A stretch of 64,000 nucleotides of DNA, taken from positions 124,001-188,000 of the forward strand of contig MCFH01000012.1 in the NCBI GenBank assembly GCA_002104945.1, given 5' to 3'. Origin of the DNA: Piromyces finnis finn. Lineage: Eukaryota > Fungi > Neocallimastigomycota. A program made the translations under genes and the position numbers. This document shows, piece after piece, positions 1-12,134 of the stretch; position 1 is the first letter of the stretch; every line of letters starts with the position of its first letter. The notes beneath the pieces were generated by a model. It was not told the DNA's origin. It searched no databases and worked only from the letters and a program-made list of their open reading frames with translations.

Positions 1-32
1 AATATAAAATAAGTAAATATTAATAGTTTAAT

Positions 33-65
<33 letters not shown>

Positions 66-88
66 TAAATTATAAAAAAAAAACTTAC

Positions 89-225
89 AGCAGCATCAAC
101 ATTTGCTGGACTTTCATCATTTGGTTCTTATTTATTTTATTAAATATAAGTTATAAGATAATTTATTAAGATTATTTTGTATTAAAAAAAAAAAGGAGTA
201 TAATAATATATTCTTATTCTTATTC

Positions 226-257
<32 letters not shown>

Positions 258-1561
258 TGCTAACATACTGACAACACTCAATAAGATTTTTTCAACACTT
301 TGTACTGGACTCCATCTTTCATTACTACTTTCATACATATTTGGATCATTACCCGGTGCATGAAGAATAGAAATGCAAACCTTGCCATTCTTATATACTT
401 TTTAAAATTAAATTTTACTTTAATGTTTTATAATTATTATAATATAATATTTTTAATAATTACTATTTGGATGCCACATTTCACAAGTAAATTCCATGAC
501 TGGAGGACTTAATGGATAATCATTTGGAAAAGTAAGTATAGCTGGAAAAATACCACCTTCATATGGAGTCTAATAAAATTTATAAATCTGTTAAAAATGT
601 TTTTTCTTTCCCCCTTTTTCTTTTGAATACTTTTTTTTTTTTCGAATATTGTGTTATTATATTATTGTTGTTGATAAATTTACCTTTTCTGGTCCTCTAT
701 TGATTTTTTTTTTTTTTAACAATTTTTGAATTATTAATTATTAATATATAGATAAATTGTTTAATATGAAATTTTTATAAAAAATATAAAGCAATTATTC
801 CTTTATAATGTTTACTTATTAGAAATTTGTATTAATACTTACGAAATTAAAGCTTCCCACTTAACATATATTATATTATTAAAATAAATGAATAAATAAT
901 TTTAATTTCACAATTACTTTGTATTAAATATAAGTATTTATAATTATAATTGTTTATTTAATATTATATTTACTTTGAAAAAATCTGTTTCTGATACTGG
1001 ACCAGCAATTATACCTTCTGGAGCATTTAACGTTAATTCTTTATAAAAAAATATAATAATATAATAAATAATATAGATTGATAAATAGATAAATAGATTG
1101 ATATATAATTTTTGTTAATAATTATAAATTTTTTTTTAAAAAAAATTTTAAACAAAAGGATACTTTATTGATAAGTTTTGTTGTAAAGTGTGCTTTATAT
1201 TATTATTATTATTATTATTATTTTTTATAATGTCAAGTATATAATATTTCATATACATTATTAGAATCCAAATTTAATATTTTTATTTTTAATTAAATAT
1301 ATCAATATATTGTTTTGTTTTAATTAAAAATATTTAGTTTTTAATAGTCCTTCCTTCTCTTTGTTTATCTTTGTTTAAGTTGATAATAATCTTTAAAATG
1401 TAATTTTTTTTTTTTTTTTTAATCTTAACTTATTTTTTAAAAAAATAATTGTGATTAAAATGATTTTGATTAACTATTTCCCCCTCTTTCCTATTATGAT
1501 AATAACCTTTATATTCTGTCATTAAACGTTTTAATGTAGTACTTCTTTGTCTGAATGACAT
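89..1561 (-). CDS. UBC7: Ubiquitin-conjugating enzyme E2, UBC7/UBE2G type; 7 exons visible, 3' end beyond window start
   Basis: GT-AG exons 1561-1507, 1038-974, 859-843, 696-684, 569-464, 397-257, 126-89 splice in frame to [148 protein letters not shown] motif, catalytic Cys (VCISILH) and the UBC7-type insertion plus [15 protein letters not shown] are present. Confidence 0.95.
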
Positions 1562-2290
1562 TTTTCTTTTTTTTTTTTTTTAAAGATATACAAAAAAAAA
1601 TAAAATATAAATTTTAAAAATAATAAAATATTATATTAAAAAAATTTTTTTTTTTTACCTATTAATACAAGATTTAATATATAAAAAAATATAAATATTA
1701 ATTTTTAAATGATGGAATACTACATGATATTTGAAATGGGGAAGGTTTAAAAAATGATATTGATATTCTTTATTTTCTAATAATATAAAAATATTATATA
1801 AAAGTAAGAAAAAAAAAGAATCAAATGTATTAATAAATAAAATGACTTTATTCTTTAAAAAACTTTTTAATATTCTTCTTTTGATTGAATGATAATAATA
1901 AATGTCTATAAAACAGAAAATAATGAAATAAGAATATATTAATAAAAAAAAGAAATAAAATAAAATAATATATATATACACTTTTACATATATAATATAT
2001 CTTTTTTTAACATTAATTATATTAATTATATAATGACAAAGCTGATGGGTATATAATATTTTATTTATGTATTTTTAATATATAATATTTTAAAATATAT
2101 ATAATACTATATTTAAGTTTATTATTAATTAGTTTTTTCTACGATTTGAAATACGATTTCCGTTAGGTCTTCTACTTTTTGTATTGAAACATGAATTTCT
2201 ACATGCAGAAACCGTTTCCTTAAAAAAATTTACATTACAAACTAGCTTCAGGACTAAACATACAACAGCCTGCATCAACATCGGCTATAT

Positions 2291-2437
2291 TTAATAATTT
2301 CCAATATATATTGATAATCCAGAACATAAACCTCTTCTTTGAATGTTATTTTTAGCAACATTAATTGGATAAGTTAATACTGATAAAATATTAATAAGAA
2401 TAAGAATAAATAATAAATTTAAGCTGTTAAATTTCAT
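2291..2437 (-). CDS. Possible small secreted peptide precursor (48 aa) or remnant
   Basis: MKFNSLNLLFILILINILSVLTYPINVAKNNIQRRGLCSGL...: basic N-terminus, hydrophobic core, dibasic RR followed by Cys; Cys-containing frames continue past the stop in other phases. Confidence 0.3.
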   Translation of the reverse strand: MKFNSLNLLFILILINILSVLTYPINVAKNNIQRRGLCSGLSIYIGNY

Positions 2438-2639
2438 ATTGATATAATATACTTTATTTATATAAATATTATCTATATTCAATTATAAAATATTCAATAT
2501 TATATATTATAAAGAGTAAAAATATGGTAAATATATATTCATATCAACTTTGTTTATTAAGTACTCTATAAACATCAACTTATCCTTTTTTTATTATTAA
2601 TTATATAAATATATATTAAATAGACAGATATATCATCCA

Positions 2640-2841
2640 CTAATTTAAATATTTATTCAAATTTTATTTTAAACTTTGATATTTTAAAACTAATTATTAT
2701 TCCATAAAATTTACTTAGCCAAATTTTATAAATAATTTTCCATTAAAATAATTAATAATTAATTATTAAATTTTATAAATAATTTTCCATTAAAATAATT
2801 AATAATTAATTATTAATTTAAAGATATTTTATAGCTTTACA
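2640..2841 (-). repeat. Degraded end of a family-A-like LTR
   Basis: Ends in ...aagatatttt atagctttaca, resembling the family-A terminus (aagatata...tatctttaca) at 11162, 12134, 31856 and 62362; left boundary uncertain. Confidence 0.5.
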
Positions 2842-5112
2842 GATATACATTTTTATTAGTTTTTAAAATTTATTTTATATATGTTATTTTATGGAAATAT
2901 AAAGTCTTTATATACTATAATGTAGCGTAGTCTTAAATTCAAGAATAATCATATGATTAACTTATAATAAAATGATAAAATTAGAATTACTAAATACTTG
3001 TCAGTAGATAACCGCTTTTATCAAAAAAAATAACTCATTATCACTACCGTATTAATAACTTCATTGAAACATATAACTATAATCAAGGATCAAGTGTTAA
3101 TTGCGGAAGATAAAAATAAAGATGTTGAAGATTAAAATTATTTCATAATTATTAAATGTTGTCATGATAGAATAAAAATCACTAGAAATAAAATTACTTT
3201 TTCTGAGATACTTATGATAATATTATTTTTAAATTATTATCATGTTTAAATTATTTGAGTGACCAAATATTAATTAGATTTACACCATGTATTGTTTCTT
3301 TTACTTATTCAATAACTATAAATTTCCAATTGTTTGATTTAATGTTATATGAAAATGCTTTATATCCTTTTGTATATACCAATGAAAATAAATATACAAT
3401 AAAAAATCAAGAAAAATTAATATATTGAGTATTCTTAATTAGTCATTAAGAATGAAGCTTTATAACAAATAAAAACAATTTACAGAAAATATTCAATTTC
3501 AAGTTTTGGAATGGTATATATATTTGACTGTTAAAAAAGTATTACAATATCTATATTTATTATGTATTAATTTTCATGTAAATTATAATTAAAAAAATTT
3601 GCCATTAAGTGAATAAAAGTTATACTAATAATAACCTTGTTCCTAAATTTATTAATATTATAAGAAGGTACAAGGAAAAGAAAGAATCTATTTATTTTAA
3701 TATAGTATAATAAACTAGACGAACACTGTAAAGAACAATCTCCCTCGAATTTATTTATTTCTTATGGTTATGAATTATTGGTTTATATAGACAATATTTT
3801 GATATTCCAGAAATAAATAATAAATTCATGATATGCTCTAAATTTAACAAATGCATTAATATTCCTAGTCAAAAGGAATTAATAAATCATGTAAAAGAAA
3901 ATTTTAAGAATAAACAATTAAAAATAATAAATGAAAATATACTTTCCTTTTCAATAGATAATAACATGGACATATATTTATATTGCGTTTTTGATTATGT
4001 CTACAACTGTATTTCTTCTATTCCCCTTATAATAATAATATTGAATACTTTTAAATTATATACACTTCCTAACTATAAATATGAATTTGTAGTAAGTTCA
4101 GAAAAGAAGTTGTTCACTTTTAATGATGTTCTGTACAGGTTATATTTTTATATTTTTTTATGTATAAAAAGAATTTAATTTCAATCATAGATAATGCTAA
4201 ATTAAATAAATACATTAACAATATGCTTCAGATAATAAGACAATTTTAATAATGGAAAAAGAATTTATAAAAAACTATTTATGAATATTCAAAAGTAACA
4301 CCAACAATACCAATAATAAAAGATAATGATGAATTATACAATAAATTGCCATCATTATCATCATTTTTATGTATAAATATTAAAAGCATAACTACATATC
4401 ATTATGGAATAATATATGAATGCAATAAAAAATAATTGTTTTGTATGGAATAGTGATGATTATTATACATTTAAAACATCCATCTATAATAAACCTTATT
4501 TATTATTAAATAGAAATTTAGATGAATCAATTTATTCATCTATTAGAAATAATCTAAATATATGGTTCTTTAATAAAATATTAATACTTTTGTAGTTTTG
4601 TAGATATATAAAATTAAATTTCTTTTATATTTTAAATTTATTTATATATTTTTTGTTAAATATTAATTTTATTTATTTCATCTATTATTACTTAAATAAA
4701 TATTTTTAATTTTATTTTATATTTTCTAATTGCTAGAATATGTATTAGTTATTCACATGTTCTAAGAATATTCATGAACAATAATTTTAGTAATCTTAAA
4801 AGCCACATTTTGTAGTATAAATTTATTTAGATTTCCATTAATTCAATGTAATTATGTAGCTATTATAAATGTAATTATACCACAATTAATACTAATAAAG
4901 TTGATATAATTATAAAACAAAAACATTGGAATTAAATATATTGTATTTAATAAGCCATAAATTGTAATAAAAACTTATAGTTTATATCATATATTAATGT
5001 AATATGTACATTATTAAAATATTTTTATATGATTTTATTAGTTTAACTTTTAAATTAAATATAATTACTTTTTATAATTAAAAGAAAAGAAGGAAAAAGA
5101 TATTAATAGTAA

Positions 5113-5922
5113 ATGGAAAAAAAAAGCCCAAAAGGAGAAGAATTAGTTAAAATAATTAATTATAATTGTAATAGGATTAGCTATTATAACCGTTTATTAT
5201 CGTTATGTAAATCGGATAATGAATTCGAAAGTATGATTAATAATATTAGTATTAAAGAGATAAAGGATGATAAAAAGAATAATGCATATTATTTAAAATG
5301 TAAAAATGATGATAAATTTATAGTTGTTGGTTCTTTTAAAAGTGACTCAGATTTAACAATGCATGATTTATCTGATTTAGCAATTCCAATGACACATTAT
5401 CATGTTAGCAAAAATAATTTTATACAAGATAATTTCTTTCATAAAATTACAGATGAAGAAAACATTTCAACTTTAAAATTAATTCAACAATTAAAATTAA
5501 TTGATGAAAAAATAAAGAATTTAATTTCAGAATATATAAAAAATATTGATGATACATCTCCTATTGCAAATTTGATAAAGAAAAATAATGTAAAGTATGA
5601 TCAAAATTGGAAATATAATGGAATTATTAATAAAATTAATGACATTGAATATATTAATTTTCATTACTTTAAAAAATCATTCAATAAAAGAACAAAAATT
5701 GGTACAAATATATATTATGATAATACTTATTCAAAGGAAATAGATGAACTCTTATCAAAAAATACAGATTTTTGTATTTATGGAAATATTTACCCTATTA
5801 TAAAAATTAATCATGTAGTAGTTAATGAGAAGAATGATAATGGAAAAAAAATTGTTTGCTTTACATGTAAAGCTTATTTTAATGATATTAATTTTTCATC
5901 AATTTATTGTAATAATAAATAA
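5113..5922 (+). CDS. Hypothetical protein, 269 aa, intronless, no recognised family
   Basis: Long ATG-initiated ORF in DNA where stops are otherwise frequent; no motif recognised. Confidence 0.5.
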   Translation: MEKKSPKGEELVKIINYNCNRISYYNRLLSLCKSDNEFESMINNISIKEIKDDKKNNAYYLKCKNDDKFIVVGSFKSDSDLTMHDLSDLAIPMTHYHVSKNNFIQDNFFHKITDEENISTLKLIQQLKLIDEKIKNLISEYIKNIDDTSPIANLIKKNNVKYDQNWKYNGIINKINDIEYINFHYFKKSFNKRTKIGTNIYYDNTYSKEIDELLSKNTDFCIYGNIYPIIKINHVVVNEKNDNGKKIVCFTCKAYFNDINFSSIYCNNK

Positions 5923-6179
5923 TTATAATTTATATTTTAATAAAATAATATAAAAACATTATTAAAGAATAAAAAAAAATATTAATAATAATAAAAGTTT
6001 TTGTTTAAATAATCTTTTTCATTAATATCTCACATTTAATATAATACAAATTTTCATTATATTAATATTTGGGTAAATGAAAGTGTAATTATTAGTTATA
6101 GATAAGAAAAGTCCCCTTAGGAACATACCTTCATTTAATTAATGAAGTTTCTCAAGAGGCTATATTCAAACTCATGGTA

Positions 6180-6240
6180 CTGAGCGAGTAGAAATAGTTC
6201 AACTAATTCCTATGTCGCATCATTCATTAATAATGATGTT

Positions 6241-6286
<46 letters not shown>

Positions 6287-8424
6287 GCAATAGCAACGAT
6301 TCATTCTCATCTAACAAGCCCGATAATTTTTCATTTTGTCTTAGTGGGAACACCAATGGGAGGAATCACAAGAAGAGAAATAGCATTAGTTATTTCACAG
6401 CTATTTTCAAATCATTATTTCTATGTTTTCAAGAAACTGGTAATAGTCCTGGATCAAATACAGAATATTTTTGTCATGTTATTTTGTGAAACTATAGACA
6501 CTTTTTAAGAAAGATGATAAATCAGTGCCCGATATGAGGTGTTTATATTTAGGTATTCACAATTCGTATCAAGCCTCACATGAAAACTACTCATATAAAT
6601 ATATTATTTCTATTTAGGCTTTTAGTCTTTGGAATAGATTCAAATACTCGATTAGAAATGTTTATATACCTCATAATTATCGCAACATCTATGTTGATCA
6701 TGCAAAGTTAGAAGTTTGCTTGTGGTTATAAATTCACTCATCACACTCATCAATGCTTGTTGGCGATTTCAATATGTCTAAAGTAAAATTATCCAACTGG
6801 TTATCTACTAATGGATTAGGAGATTGGGAAGTTCTTCCATCTCTTGGACTCGAGGTGATCAATCTTCTGACATTGACCATGCTCTTATCAATTCGTAGAT
6901 GAAAGGTCTTATTCACTCAGGATCATTTATAAATGATTTTTATCCTGTAACAGATCATACATTACTCCTTATTAATAGTAAATTTATTTCTATGGATGAT
7001 TTTTCTAATGAGTTTAATGTTCCTAAGAAAATTATGAAATGGAATAGATAAAAATATATTGAGGAAAAGGAATCTATTCTCAGTCATAATAAATTCCAAA
7101 TACTTTCAGCAAAACTCAACGATCCTAATGTTTCTACAGATGAACTTTCCAAAGAGTTTACTTCGCTTTTTTCAATTGCAGACGAGCTCAATATTACTTC
7201 AGTAAATAATGTTATAAAGTCTTCATTTCATATTTTACAACAAATTTTTAATCTCCTAAAAAACAAAATGAAGCTATATAGGAGATTTAAAAAAGAAAGA
7301 ATTTATGATATAGATGAATTTATTAAAAAAATTAAAATTTATTGAAAGCTCATTAATTACATCCACAAAAGATATAATGAGTAGAGGAAACAAGAATATC
7401 TTTATTAGATTAAAACAGGTTGTGAGTATATGAAGAGTCATAATCCTAAAAAGGCCTGGAAATAGATCAAGAAAACTGCAAAAATTGGAAAAGATACTTT
7501 CTTTACTGCTCAATCAATTAAAAATAAAAGTGGAGATTTAGTTGTTGCTACAGAAGAGCAACTAGAAGTGTGACATAACCATTTCGAAAATATTACATTT
7601 GATCCATGTGGTGCAAGTTTTAATTTGGAGCGTTGATATAAAGACCATCGAATAAGCGTTTTTCACTCTCAATGTTTGATGAATGGGAGATCAACCAAGA
7701 TATTAGTATTGATGAAGTCAAGTCAGCTATCCTCTCTACTCCTAATTATAAAGTATCAGGTCTGGATGGTATTCTGATTGAATTTTATAAAGCGTTAATT
7801 CCATCAAGTAATGATTCTAATAATGCTGCAGATAATAATTCTTTTGGTAATGTCACTTCAGATAATGATAGTAATGGTTTAAATTTTATTCTTAAATTAT
7901 TCAACCGTATTTGGGATGGAGATTTCCCCAGCTCTTGGAATGAATCCAGTATTGTTTCTATTCCTAAGAAGGGAGATTTGACAAATTGTTATAACTATCG
8001 AGGTATATCACTTGTTAATAATGGTATTAAGTTGATTTCAAAAACTGTCACTACTAGAATTTTAGAATACGGTCTTAAGAATTTATTAGACCAGAATAAC
8101 TTGGTTTTCAAAAAAAGGAGAAAAGTATTAGTCTTTTCATTTCAATCCAAGAAATATGTCGTAGACGTCAATTAGATAATAAAGAGATATATTTGGCCTT
8201 TTTAGATCTAAGGAAAGCATATGATTCAGTCCCAATCGGTAATATCAAATTAGATAATCAATTTTCGAAGTCTTTTGATGTGAGGAAAGGAGTCCGTCAG
8301 GATTGCCCACTTTCACCTATTCTTTTTAATTTCTTTATTAATGATATTTTTAAAGAGTGCGAATATCTCAGAGTTAGTTTAGGAGGTATTCGATGTTGTG
8401 GTGGACTTTTTGCAGATGACATAA
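6180..8424 (+). pseudogene. Decayed non-LTR retrotransposon (LINE) ORF2: APE endonuclease + reverse transcriptase, 3'-truncated by an LTR
   Basis: Across frames: GNTNG...CFQET, LVGDFN, SDIDH, TDH (APE endonuclease); SGLDGI, IVSIPKKGD..NYRGISL, FLDLRKAYDSV, GVRQDCPLSPILF, LFADDI (RT). Many stops and frameshifts; ends at LTR start 8425. Confidence 0.9.
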
Positions 8425-9035
8425 TGTAATATAAACACGGAAAGAATAGATTAGGATATCTATTCTATTACAATAACACTAAATTTAAAATAAATAAAAT
8501 TGTTTTTTAAAAAAATGTCTTTTATTATAATGGAATTTTTAATAATTATAATTACATTGATAAAATGATGAAAAATGTCTTCTATTTATATTTTTCCTAA
8601 ATACATTTATATTATTATAATTATTTATTTCTTATATATTATTATTTAAAACTTATGCTAAAATCTTAACTATTAATAAAATATTTAAACTATAACTATT
8701 TTAGTAAAACAAAATAGGCAATTCAAATTAAGTACTATTTAATTGGAATATGTGCCAATGTATTATTTATATATTAATCATTTATTATTTATATATTATT
8801 TATTTATTTCTATCAAAAACGATACTAAAGCTAATAAATTAAATCGAGAAATTTAATTTATTTGTAGAACATTAAAAATAAATTAATAATTTATTTCGTT
8901 TTATACTTTAATTATTAATAAATAAATTATGTCTCATTTTCTTTTTCTGTAATATAATTTGTGTAACTTAAACAATAATATTTATGGCTTAAGTTACATT
9001 GAAGATATCAAGCTGAAGAGTTTGATATCTTTACA
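8425..9035 (-). mobile_element. Family-B-like LTR (611 bp), apparently a 3' LTR still attached to internal sequence
   Basis: TGTAAT...CTTTACA, alignable with B LTRs 20475-21080 and 26132-26736; flanks differ (CATAA vs ATATC, no TSD); right flank resembles the B polypurine tract. Confidence 0.85.
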
Positions 9036-9050
9036 ATATCTCTCTCTAAA
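9036..9050 (-). promoter_or_regulatory. Polypurine-tract-like sequence abutting the LTR
   Basis: Minus strand TTTAGAGAGAGATAT|TGTAAAG versus element B PPT CTTAGAGAGAGAGAT|TGTAAAG (21081-21095). Confidence 0.65.
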
Positions 9051-10361
9051 TAATTTTTAATATTTATATATTTTATTAAACATTAAATTTAATTTATTTA
9101 TTGTTTATTTTCTATTTATTGAATTTTAATAATTTTATAAATAATTTCATTCACCGACATTTTAATTAAAACTTTTTCTCTTATTTGTTTATTATTAATA
9201 TTTTCAGATGAAATTAAATAATAATAAAGACAAAATAAAATTATTGAATCTGGATCTGACACAGAATCCGATACGTCTGAATTAACAAATACTTCTCAAA
9301 AATCCACAAATTCTTTAATAAATCCCTCAAACTTTTCTTCACCTACTATTGACTCATCTATTTGCAAGATTGCTTCTGATTCAATTACCCCTTTAAATTC
9401 TTCAAATAAAAAAAAAGAAAAGAAAATATAATTTTAGAATAACAAACAAAAAGGAGTTATTACTAACCTATGCTGATGTTGACGGCGAAAGGGTAGATAC
9501 ATTAATTTGTAAATCTGACATTAAAAGCATGTTAGAAAATGATTTAAAAAGGAATAACAGAAAATGGAACTACATTATTTCAATTGAAAAAAACCATGAA
9601 GGTTATATAAATCACTATCACATTCATGCCTATATTAGATGTGTCAAAAAACTTAATACTACTGATTTAAGCTATTTTGACGTTTTAGGAAATCATCCAA
9701 ATATCCAATTCCATAGCAATTACCGCTCTTCAAAAGCTATGATTAAATGTGTATTGAAAGAATATAACGAACCATTAAGTAATTTTAATTACCAGGATCT
9801 AATTGCTGATAAACCTAAAAAAAGAACCAAAGCTCCAGAACTACAATGATATGAATGGGAAAAAGCAGGATTGAAACAAAGTCAAGTTTTAAAAATAATA
9901 AAATCTAAATTTTACAAACATCACTGTAAATACTATTTCCAATGGAACGCTGTTATAAGAGAAAACTTCAAACCAGATATTCAAAAACCCAAACCAATTC
10001 TTGATTTCGACCTTACTTTTTATATTCCATTAGAACTTTAAAACTGGATTGACAATTTACAAAACATTAAAGCTGAAGATATCGGTAAAATAAGATTTAA
10101 AACTTTAGTTATCATTGGAGATACCAACTGTGGAAAAACCAAGCTTACCTCTTTATTCGGAAATTTCAGTTACTGTAATACTTTATGGAATTTGGAAGAC
10201 TTAAATAGTAACAGTGAATACATAGTATTTGATGATATAGATAAAGAATTTCCAAAGGTATCCGATTTTAGTATTTATAACCTTGGTTTGGCTATCAAGA
10301 AGTATTCACGGTTACAGATAAATATAAAAGAAAAGAAACTATAAGATGGGGAAAACCAATG

Positions 10362-11162
10362 TGTAAAAGTATAAAATTTAAAACAGATTTTATACTTAAA
10401 ACAAAACAATTTTTATTAACACAAAAAATAAAAAAATAAAACATTAAATTTTTATTTTAAAAAAAAACATTTTTCATTTTTATTTAAACTCTTAAAAATA
10501 TTATTAACTATATAATAGTTAATAATTAAAAAATTGAAAATAACAATTACATCGATTTAATAAACAAAAATTACATGTATTTATATTTTTTCATAATTAT
10601 ATTCTAATATATTATTCTATTTAAATAAACATATATTTAATATAAAATAAACAACACTAATCTAATTAAATAATAAAATAACAAAACTAAACTAAAACTA
10701 ATTCATTATACTTTTAATTCAACTTGAGTAAACTCAAAATTGAATAAAGCCCATGTATTATTTATAAATTAATTTAATATTATCAATACTATTCTTAATA
10801 TATTTCCTATTGAAATATAAATAAATCTATTTTTAAAACTAAGTTAAAATTATTAAACTATTCTAAATTTAAATAAAAAAGTATAATCTATTCTAAAATT
10901 AAATAAAAAGTATTTAAAAAAATATTTTAATTATTTAAAATATTTGAAATATTTAAATTTAATTAAAATTCTTTTATTCCTTAAACTTAAATATTTATCT
11001 TAATTTAAATTTAACGGAATTATTATAAAATAATTTATTATTAAATTATTCCATAAAATTTATTCAAAAATTTTATAATAAGTTTTACTAAATATTAATT
11101 TATTATTTAATAATTAATAATTAATTATTAAATAATCTAAAGATATATATTATATCTTTACA
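10362..11162 (-). mobile_element. Solo LTR, family A (A1, 801 bp), inserted in rep
   Basis: TGTAAAAG...CTTTACA; TSD CAATG (10357-10361, 11163-11167); near-identical to 31069-31856 and inverted 59047-59837. Confidence 0.93.
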
Positions 11163-11407
11163 CAATGGTCTGGTTTAATAATCAAACATGGTCAGACTTA
11201 AAAACAAACCATAACAGTCTTGATTATATAGATAAGAATTCTGTTCAAATTGTTCTAAAAGAAAATCAAAAATTATTTGGTTATACCGATGAAAATAAAT
11301 CAGAAGGTTGGGTTAAATGAATTCCCAAAGAAACCGTTTTTTACGAAAAATATTTAAAACTTTTAGAAGAAAAAGAAAAAAAATTTCTACAATCAATTGA
11401 TAGTAAT

Positions 11408-12134
11408 TGTAAAAGTTTATAAAAAAAACAGATTATAAAATTTTACAATAAAACATAAAACACGAAATAAATAAAAAGAAACAAGAAAAACAAAATCTAT
11501 TTAAAAATATCTCTTTTATTAATTTTATTTAGTTATTAACTAAATAATAGTCAATAACAATTACATCGTTTTAATCAAGAAATTTTACATGTATTTATAT
11601 TTTTTGTAAATTATATTTTAATATACTATTCTATTTAATTATACATATATTCAATATAAAATAAACAAAACTAATTTAATACTAATTTAATTAAATAATA
11701 AAATAATAAAACTAAACTAAAACTAATTAAATACACTTTTGATTCAATTTGAGTAAACTGCAAATTGAATACAGTCCATGTATTACCTATATATTAATTA
11801 AATATTAATAATACTATTTATTATATATTTATTATTAAAAATGCTAATTTAAAACTACGCTAAAGTTATTAAACTAATTTTAATTAAATAAAAAACTTTT
11901 TAAGATTTAATTTGAATATTTAAAATATTTAAATTTAATTATCCATTAATTTAAATATTTATCCAAATTTCATTTCTAACTTTGATATTTTAAAATTAAT
12001 ATTTATTTAATTATTCCATAAAATTTATACAATAAATTTTATAAACAATTTTTTCCATTAAAATATCAAAATTATTATTCAATAATTATTAATTAATTAT
12101 TAAATAATTTAAAGATATACTTTATATCTTTACA
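11408..12134 (-). mobile_element. Solo LTR, family-A relative (727 bp), inserted in rep
   Basis: TGTAAAAG...CTTTACA; TSD GTAAT (11403-11407, 12135-12139); similar to 61642-62362. Confidence 0.92.

Noticed and set aside
132-338. 68-aa poly-Asn ORF
   Set aside because: UBC7 exon read-through into an AAT-repeat intron.
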